Below are positions 27,096 to 32,000 of a stretch of DNA of 32,000 nt, in pieces. This DNA is from Dickeya dadantii NCPPB 898 (GTDB lineage: Bacteria; Pseudomonadota; Gammaproteobacteria; Enterobacterales; Enterobacteriaceae), in assembly GCF_000406145.1 (NCBI RefSeq), contig NZ_CM001976.1, forward strand, positions 2,233,543 through 2,265,542, written 5' to 3'. The position numbers were made by a program, and so were the translations under genes. Under the pieces are notes generated by a model. The model did no database searches and had not been told where the DNA came from. It saw only the letters and a program-made list of their open reading frames with translations. Every line of letters starts with the position of its first letter. The stretch's first letter is position 1.

Positions 27096-28212
27096 CGTTC
27101 GGTCCTCCAATGGCGATACCTGTGAAAGTTTGGTTCACGTGCAACCCGTTATATTGCTCGCCGTAGGTGGAAAAACCGATTACCCGGTTCTGCGCCATTA
27201 CGCTGCCGATCTGCTGTTCAAGCCCTTCCTGTTCGAACTGGAGTCGGCGCAGGATGCAATCACAGCCGATGATTACCGCCGGTTCAGGGATCGTCTCGCG
27301 GACTTTGTCAAAGGCCTGTCTGAGGGTTTGGACCGGGTCCTCCGCTTTGCCGATGGCGACGATCAGTCCCTCCTCGATGGCGCAGTAGCAAGTGAGAGAA
27401 AGATCGTCGTTCCACTTCTGTATGGAACGGACGTAGGGTTCATCGCCGAAGGAGAGCATCAGCGGATTACGGGAAAATACGGTCGGCGTCAATTCGTTCA
27501 CCGTAAGACCCAGAGCTTCAGCGTAAACCTGAGCGGCAGGTTCGCCGTTTATCTCCAGGATGAGCCGCTTCTCCGGATCGGCCTCGGTGATGACTAGCTC
27601 TATCTCGCTGGGTTCGAAGTGTTGGACCTTAAAGGTGGTGACGGGGGAATGCGTCTCGATAACGGCGAATACGGCGGCGTCGGAAATAAACCGCCCATTT
27701 CCATCATAGACATGCGTCTTTTCGAAACGCAGGTCATCGCCAGCGGAGCCGCCGATTATAGGAACGTTGCCGATCTGCTGGTAGAGGTTCGCTACCAGAC
27801 GTTCTTCGACCATAGAGAGGCCGTCGACCAGCAGCAGACCAAAGCGATGCAGGTTCGGTCTGGCCTCGCTATCGCGGCGAATGGCTTCGGCGATATCGGC
27901 CACGACCGCGGTATAGTTAACCAAAGGTTGAATCATAAAGGAGTGGATGCGAAAGCCGCCGCCTAATCCTAGACCCAACAGTCCGGAGTGCTGGAAGCCT
28001 TCGGTGCCAATCTGACCAGAGGACGTACAACCTATACAGGGACAGGAGAAGGTGTTCTTCAACTCCCGGCCCAGAACCTCCAGGTCGTAGTCTGGGGAGC
28101 AGAAGAAAATGACGGTATCGATGCCTTCATGACCAATCTGGTTGGCAAATTCGGCGACAGCCTGGACCGGATCCGGCGATTCGCTACTGGCATATTTGGG
28201 TTGGACATTCAT
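27088..28212 (-). CDS. FIST_N/FIST_C domain sensor protein (NosP-like)
   Basis: 374-aa cytoplasmic protein with ATG 28212 and GGGAGA upstream. Its FIST hallmarks are ...VIFFCSPDYD..., GCTSSGQIG, LLLVDGLS...IIGGSAGD, ...VIIGCDCILRRL... and GFSTYGEQ. Confidence 0.85.
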   Translation of the reverse strand: MNVQPKYASSESPDPVQAVAEFANQIGHEGIDTVIFFCSPDYDLEVLGRELKNTFSCPCIGCTSSGQIGTEGFQHSGLLGLGLGGGFRIHSFMIQPLVNYTAVVADIAEAIRRDSEARPNLHRFGLLLVDGLSMVEERLVANLYQQIGNVPIIGGSAGDDLRFEKTHVYDGNGRFISDAAVFAVIETHSPVTTFKVQHFEPSEIELVITEADPEKRLILEINGEPAAQVYAEALGLTVNELTPTVFSRNPLMLSFGDEPYVRSIQKWNDDLSLTCYCAIEEGLIVAIGKAEDPVQTLRQAFDKVRETIPEPAVIIGCDCILRRLQFEQEGLEQQIGSVMAQNRVIGFSTYGEQYNGLHVNQTFTGIAIGGPNVD

Positions 28213-28863
28213 GGCGAGTTCTCCCGATGCTAAGCAGAAACCTTCGCCTGCGCTCCTGCATTCTTCAGTTACCCTCTGTCAGTATCCTTCTGTCGGTTAT
28301 CCCTCTCCAGAGAGGTTAGGTGGCGGTGGTGCAAATAGCAAATATGCAGAATTTTATCTTATCTATAAGTACCCACAGGGCTGCCAGCTGTCGTCATCCT
28401 GCGGATGTACGCTGGCGGTAAAAAAGCTCAGCGCAGCCAGCCAGGAGAGAGCCCCCCATGCGACCAGACGGGGCACCCACGCGAATAGTCAGGCGCTCCG
28501 GCCCGTCGCTAATCCCACGCATTTATCCACCGTCACGAAAATAGCGAATGGTAATGTTCTCTAAACAGTACTCAACCGGTACACGTGATCAACGCTGAAC
28601 ACGCGGTGGCTACTGAGAGAGGCTGACGACGTTTATCCCGTCAGGTCGGCGAGCGCTGCGTTATCTGCATTGCGGGCACTGATTGAGGTGCTGATTGGGG
28701 ATAGGTTATTCGCGTCATTTGGCTTGAATTTTTTTGTTACATCCTTGTTATTGAAAAGCCATTAGCATCAAGGAATTGCAGGTTATATTTACATCGGGTA
28801 CGGAATGTCGGGTCAATTTCGGGTATTTTGGGGCTGAACAATATTTTTTAAAATCAATGATAT

Positions 28864-28969
28864 AAAAAAAGACCGAACACGATTCCTGTGCCCGGTCTAG
28901 GGAAATGGCTCTTGGGAGAGAGCCGTGCGCTAAAAGTTGGCATTTGTTGCAGGCTGCATCGCAGCCCGC
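28864..28969 (-). ncRNA. sdsR: RpoS-dependent small RNA SdsR (RyeB)
   Basis: The minus strand reads GCGGGCUGCGAUGCAGCCUGCAACAAAUGCCAACUUUUAGCGCACGGCUCUCUCCCAAGAGCCAUUUCCCUAGACCGGGCACAGGAAUCGUGUUCGGUCUUUUUUU. As I recall the E. coli/Salmonella SdsR sequence, the core AUGCCAACUUUUAGCGCACGGCUCUCUCCCAAGAGCCAUUUCCCU is identical to it. It has a terminator hairpin plus U7 and lies downstream of yebY, as in E. coli. Confidence 0.85.
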
Positions 28970-28972
28970 ACT

Positions 28973-28983
28973 TTAAGCGTAGA
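28973..28983 (-). promoter_or_regulatory. Sigma-S type extended -10 element of sdsR
   Basis: The minus strand reads TCTACGCTTAA, against the sigma-S consensus TCTATACTTAA with the -13 C. It is positioned so that transcription would start near G 28969. Confidence 0.55.
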
Positions 28984-29113
28984 CGACTCACTTTCGTTTT
29001 CCAGTCTGGCCCGGTTTTTGACAGCCAATACTGAAACAATCTGTACACTTTGTGACAACCAGCGCAAACCCGCGTATTCGTGATCCACTCTCTCTTCCGG
29101 AGTGCTATATGCG

Positions 29114-29452
29114 CTACTGACAGAGGTCTTTGGCCCGGTCGATAAAGGGTTGCAGACTCATTTTTTGTCCCGGATTCTGCGGGTCATCCAGAAGAAGGGT
29201 CTCCAGCGGACGAGCGTTCACCTTGCCGGTGTTGACCTGCTCACGCGCCACGTCATTGAGCGGGTATTGCACCAGCGTACTGGGATTGATCACGTACATT
29301 GTATGGCCAGGCCGACAGATCAACTGAACTTCTTCGCGGTTGAATGCCCAGCGCGGGCCATATTCCAGCTTGCTCAGGTTCGCCAGTTGTGGCGCGGCCA
29401 ACGCCTGAACCGACAGCACAGCGACAATAAGCGACAGCACTACTTTTTTCAT
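29114..29452 (-). CDS. yebY: Periplasmic protein YebY (DUF2511)
   Basis: 112-aa ORF with a signal peptide [19 protein letters not shown]|[37 protein letters not shown]...[15 protein letters not shown] is colinear with E. coli YebY. Confidence 0.9.
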   Translation of the reverse strand: MKKVVLSLIVAVLSVQALAAPQLANLSKLEYGPRWAFNREEVQLICRPGHTMYVINPSTLVQYPLNDVAREQVNTGKVNARPLETLLLDDPQNPGQKMSLQPFIDRAKDLCQ

Positions 29453-29810
29453 TGTGATATTCCATGTAAAGCTCCCTGGCGGGAGATGACCTCAGGTCTA
29501 CCGTCGGGCGAGGCGATACACGTCACGAAGAGACGACGAGTCGCAGGCCCGCAAGAGCGATCATAACGGCCGGGTCTGATGAAGTCGAGTCGGCCAACGC
29601 GTTACATTGTTCAAAACGTGAGCGTTTTGTCCTGCGGCGCGAATTATTTTGGGTATATCTTCATCGTTATTGTCTATTGAACAAATAGATATATTCAAAA
29701 TGTGTATTTGTTTACCTGACAAATAATTCTCGTATAATTCACGGCGAAATTTTTAAAGAGATGACTAGTGGTCATTGGGACGTTAAATTAAACAGGATGT
29801 TGAGGCGGTA

Positions 29811-30254
29811 ATGCGTAAATTTAAAATATTTCTATTCATGGCAATAGTATCGTTGATGTCGTTGAAAGGCATCGCGGAAACGTCAACCACGCTTTCTCGT
29901 ATCCCGGCAATTAAGCTCATTACTACACCGGATAACCATTCGGCTTATCTGAAAGGCAGCATTCCTGCGCTGGAGAAAATACCCTCACAAAAATTCTGGG
30001 TTAATAATTCGGTTGAAGAGTGGGAAAAAAACACGCATCCGGCGCCGAGAAAGCAATATGTCATTACGTTGAAAGGTAAGCTGAAATTCAAAGTTAGTGA
30101 CGGTTCTACATTTATCCTGTCGCCGGGAACGGTTCTGCTGGCTGAGGATATCAACGGTGAAGGACATAGCTGGGAACTGATGGAAGGCGATGAGTGGGTC
30201 AGGGTCTATATTCCGATGACCGATGATCATGATTATTTTGTTGCCGATAAATAA
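29811..30254 (+). CDS. Secreted cupin-fold protein, function unknown
   Basis: 147-aa ORF with a signal peptide MRKFKIFLFMAIVSLMSLKGIA|E. The block HPAPRKQYVITLKGKLKFKVSDGSTFILSPGTVLLAEDINGEGHSW resembles a small cupin family (H-APRRQY-I-L-G-LE....DG......PG..LLAED..G.GH). The gene and its flanks are markedly AT-rich. Confidence 0.6.
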   Translation: MRKFKIFLFMAIVSLMSLKGIAETSTTLSRIPAIKLITTPDNHSAYLKGSIPALEKIPSQKFWVNNSVEEWEKNTHPAPRKQYVITLKGKLKFKVSDGSTFILSPGTVLLAEDINGEGHSWELMEGDEWVRVYIPMTDDHDYFVADK

Positions 30255-30593
30255 TCTTCTCTTACCTATTACAGGTAGATAAATATTGCCGCCATCCGTG
30301 CCGATACGGATAACAGAGGTGCTCTGAATGATTGTTCGGGCGCTTTTTTATTTCCGGTAAAAGAGCGTGGTTATTCTGCTGTTTGGCTCGACTGTCAAGT
30401 TGCTGTCACCCCCTCTTGATATTATTTATTTTACCGAGCTGCGGTGTTGAGTCATGAGCGCCAGAGGTGGCGTAAGACGTCGCGGCAAAGTAAGCGAGGT
30501 ATCTTATGCTACGCTTTTATAGGTATAGACCTTCGCGGTTACACATCATTATTGTGGAACACCGCCTAATGCGCGACTGACAGAGAGGACACA

Positions 30594-30842
30594 ATGGGAA
30601 TTGTTTCATGGGTTATTTTCGGTCTCATTGCCGGTATTTTGGCAAAGTGGATCATGCCGGGCAGAGATGGCGGTGGTTTTTTCATGACCGTATTACTGGG
30701 CGTGGTCGGTGCGGTGGTCGGCGGCTGGATCAGCACGTTCTTTGGTTTTGGCAAAGTCGATGGCTTTAATATCGGCAGCTTTGCAGTGGCGGTAGTCGGC
30801 GCCATTGTGGTGTTATGGGTTTATCGTAAAGTGCGTGACTGA
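30594..30842 (+). CDS. yeaQ: GlsB/YeaQ/YmgE family stress-response membrane protein
   Basis: 82 aa. MGIVSWVIFGLIAGILAKWIMPGRDGGGFFMTVLLGVVGAVVGGWISTFFGFGKVDGFN is nearly identical to E. coli YeaQ. Confidence 0.9.
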   Translation: MGIVSWVIFGLIAGILAKWIMPGRDGGGFFMTVLLGVVGAVVGGWISTFFGFGKVDGFNIGSFAVAVVGAIVVLWVYRKVRD

Positions 30843-30912
30843 GGTGACGCCCGACAGTCTCTTTCCATGACCGCGCTTTTGCCCGCCCTGACCGGGCCAG
30901 GCGCTATCCAAT

Positions 30913-30947
30913 AACATCAGGTTGTGCGGTATGCACAACCTGATGTT
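30913..30947. terminator. 15-bp perfect hairpin between convergent yeaQ and the ABC permease gene
   Basis: AACATCAGGTTGTGC-GGTAT-GCACAACCTGATGTT. The flanking U-tracts are weak on both strands. Confidence 0.55.
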
Positions 30948-30951
30948 GCCT

Positions 30952-32000
30952 TTAGCGTCGTGACCATTGGCTGAGCGAAACAGCCAGTACCGACAGCAGA
31001 ATCAATGCGAAAACCGGCGGCAATACCGTCCAGAAGGCGCGTTCGACATAGGGCATGCCTTCCGCCAGTACGCGTCCCCATTCCAGCGTCGGCGGTTGTT
31101 CGCCTAATCCCAGAAAGCCCAGCGATGCCAGCGCTAGCGCGATGCCGGGCAGGCGTAGCATCGCGTGGCGGGTGACCGGCCCAATCAGCGCCGGAATAAC
31201 ATAGCGTATCAGACAGCTAAAACGGCTCATGCCAAACAGCGGCGTGATGCGAATATAGGGTTGGGCGGTGATTTCGGTCACCAGTGACGCGGTATGCGCC
31301 GCCAGCGGCGCCCAGGCAACCAGCACAACGGCAAGTGCCGCGCCTGATGTTGAGGGGCCGTACAATGCAGCGACCACCATGCCGGCGATCACCGGCGGCA
31401 TGGCGTTGGCCACCTCGGCCGGGCCGCTGAGCAGGTGAGGACACAACCCGAGAAGCAGGCCGAGCAACAGGCAGCAGAGCGTCACCGCCAGCGCGGTGAA
31501 CAGGGTGGATAACGCGCCGTGCGCGACCCTGGCCAGCATGTCGCGGCCCGTGGCGTCGGCGCCGAACGGCAATGACCAATCAGGCGGCTGCAGACGGGCA
31601 AAGTCGGAAGCGAAGGGATCGCGCGACAGGCCGGTAAGTACTATCGCCGCCAGCAACAGCGTGATGAGCAACGGCAAGCGATAATGACGGCGCGTCACCT
31701 GAATGGCGCCGGCGGGCGTAGAGAGGAAGCCGTTTTTCAGCGCATGACCAAGCAGACAGCGGCGCAGCAGCGCCGAACCCATCCCCGCGATCGCCGCGAT
31801 AGCCAGCAGAATCAGCACGCCACATTGCAATGCCGGCAGATCCTGAGCCGCCGCCGCTCCTAACGTTGCCCGTCCCAGACCGGGAATGGCGAACACCTTT
31901 TCTACCGCGACCGCGCCTCCGGTTAGCCCGACCAGCACCAGACTGACCTGCGGCAGAATAGCGGGCAGAGCGCGACGAACGACGCCCAGCAGGCAGTCAC
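30952..32000 (-). CDS. Fused DppB-like/DppC-like ABC transporter permease (peptide/nickel/opine family), N-terminus outside the window
   Basis: The frame is open to the window edge (...RRALPAILPQVSLVLVGLTGGAVAVEKVFAIPGLGRATL...). The first part is a DppB-type C-terminus. Without an intervening stop, a DppC-type module follows (LPFGADATGRDMLARVAHGA..., EAA-loop region, C-terminal TMs). Confidence 0.85.
   Translation of the reverse strand, partial: DCLLGVVRRALPAILPQVSLVLVGLTGGAVAVEKVFAIPGLGRATLGAAAAQDLPALQCGVLILLAIAAIAGMGSALLRRCLLGHALKNGFLSTPAGAIQVTRRHYRLPLLITLLLAAIVLTGLSRDPFASDFARLQPPDWSLPFGADATGRDMLARVAHGALSTLFTALAVTLCCLLLGLLLGLCPHLLSGPAEVANAMPPVIAGMVVAALYGPSTSGAALAVVLVAWAPLAAHTASLVTEITAQPYIRITPLFGMSRFSCLIRYVIPALIGPVTRHAMLRLPGIALALASLGFLGLGEQPPTLEWGRVLAEGMPYVERAFWTVLPPVFALILLSVLAVSLSQWSRR

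Noticed and set aside
28394-28522. 42-aa minus-strand ORF MRGISDGPERLTIRVGAPSGRMGGSLLAGCAELFYRQRTSAG
   Set aside because: It has no SD and no family recognised. It may be a remnant of a decayed gene, but that cannot be supported from sequence alone.
28142-28564. 140-aa plus-strand ORF upstream of the FIST gene
   Set aside because: It begins antisense inside the FIST coding region. It has no SD, is compositionally odd (Ser/Pro/Ala/Gly-rich) and has no recognisable domain.
21300-29560. Calling the ftnA-nuclease-signalling block a mobile element or genomic island
   Set aside because: There is no integrase, transposase, tRNA, IS ends or flanking direct repeats. By eye, the GC content of the operon is similar to the core genes. 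It is reported only as a synteny break.
29102-29566. 154-aa plus-strand ORF
   Set aside because: It is antisense to yebY, which has clear homology.
29673-29689. TCTATTGAACAAATAGA inverted repeat upstream of the cupin gene
   Set aside because: It has only a 6-bp arm in AT-rich DNA, so it is easily explained by chance, and no known motif is recognised.

Overview
This window is 32 kb of an Enterobacterales chromosome. Gene order and the readable protein sequences parallel the E. coli K-12 region ruvC / ruvAB / znuBC-znuA / mepM / lpxM / pykA / hexR / zwf / eda / purT / ptrB / holE / copC(yobA)-copD(yebZ) ... yebY-sdsR. The divergence from E. coli and the direct zwf-eda adjacency make a soft-rot Pectobacteriaceae (Dickeya-like) host plausible, but that is inference. 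About two thirds is housekeeping, with textbook operators legible by eye: a LexA box before ruvA, a Zur box between znuC and znuA, a HexR box before zwf, a PurR box before purT and a Fur box before ftnA. The accessory or unusual content is as follows. (1) A NiCoT nickel/cobalt permease with a NikR-type inverted repeat lies between ruvC and ruvA. (2) An AT-rich insert between lpxM and pykA encodes two secreted low-complexity proteins, one built from 5.5 copies of a 20-aa repeat. (3) An ~8 kb block lies between copD and an inverted yebY-sdsR module. It carries ftnA, a secreted Serratia-type nuclease and, most interesting, a tightly overlapping four-gene operon: FIST (NosP-like) sensor -> sensor-less soluble histidine kinase -> REC-HDOD -> REC-degenerate HD-GYP. 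Both outputs of this two-component branch look like catalytically dead HD-superfamily domains. (4) The RpoS-dependent sRNA SdsR/RyeB is present with a near-consensus sigma-S promoter. (5) There are three unexplained short tandem-repeat arrays (60 bp coding, 14 bp x4, 19 bp x3-5). (6) A low-GC secreted cupin gene and a fused DppB/DppC-type ABC permease sit at the right edge. No rRNA, tRNA, CRISPR array, transposase or integrase was seen. All family assignments are by-eye motif and homology recognition; no searches were run.
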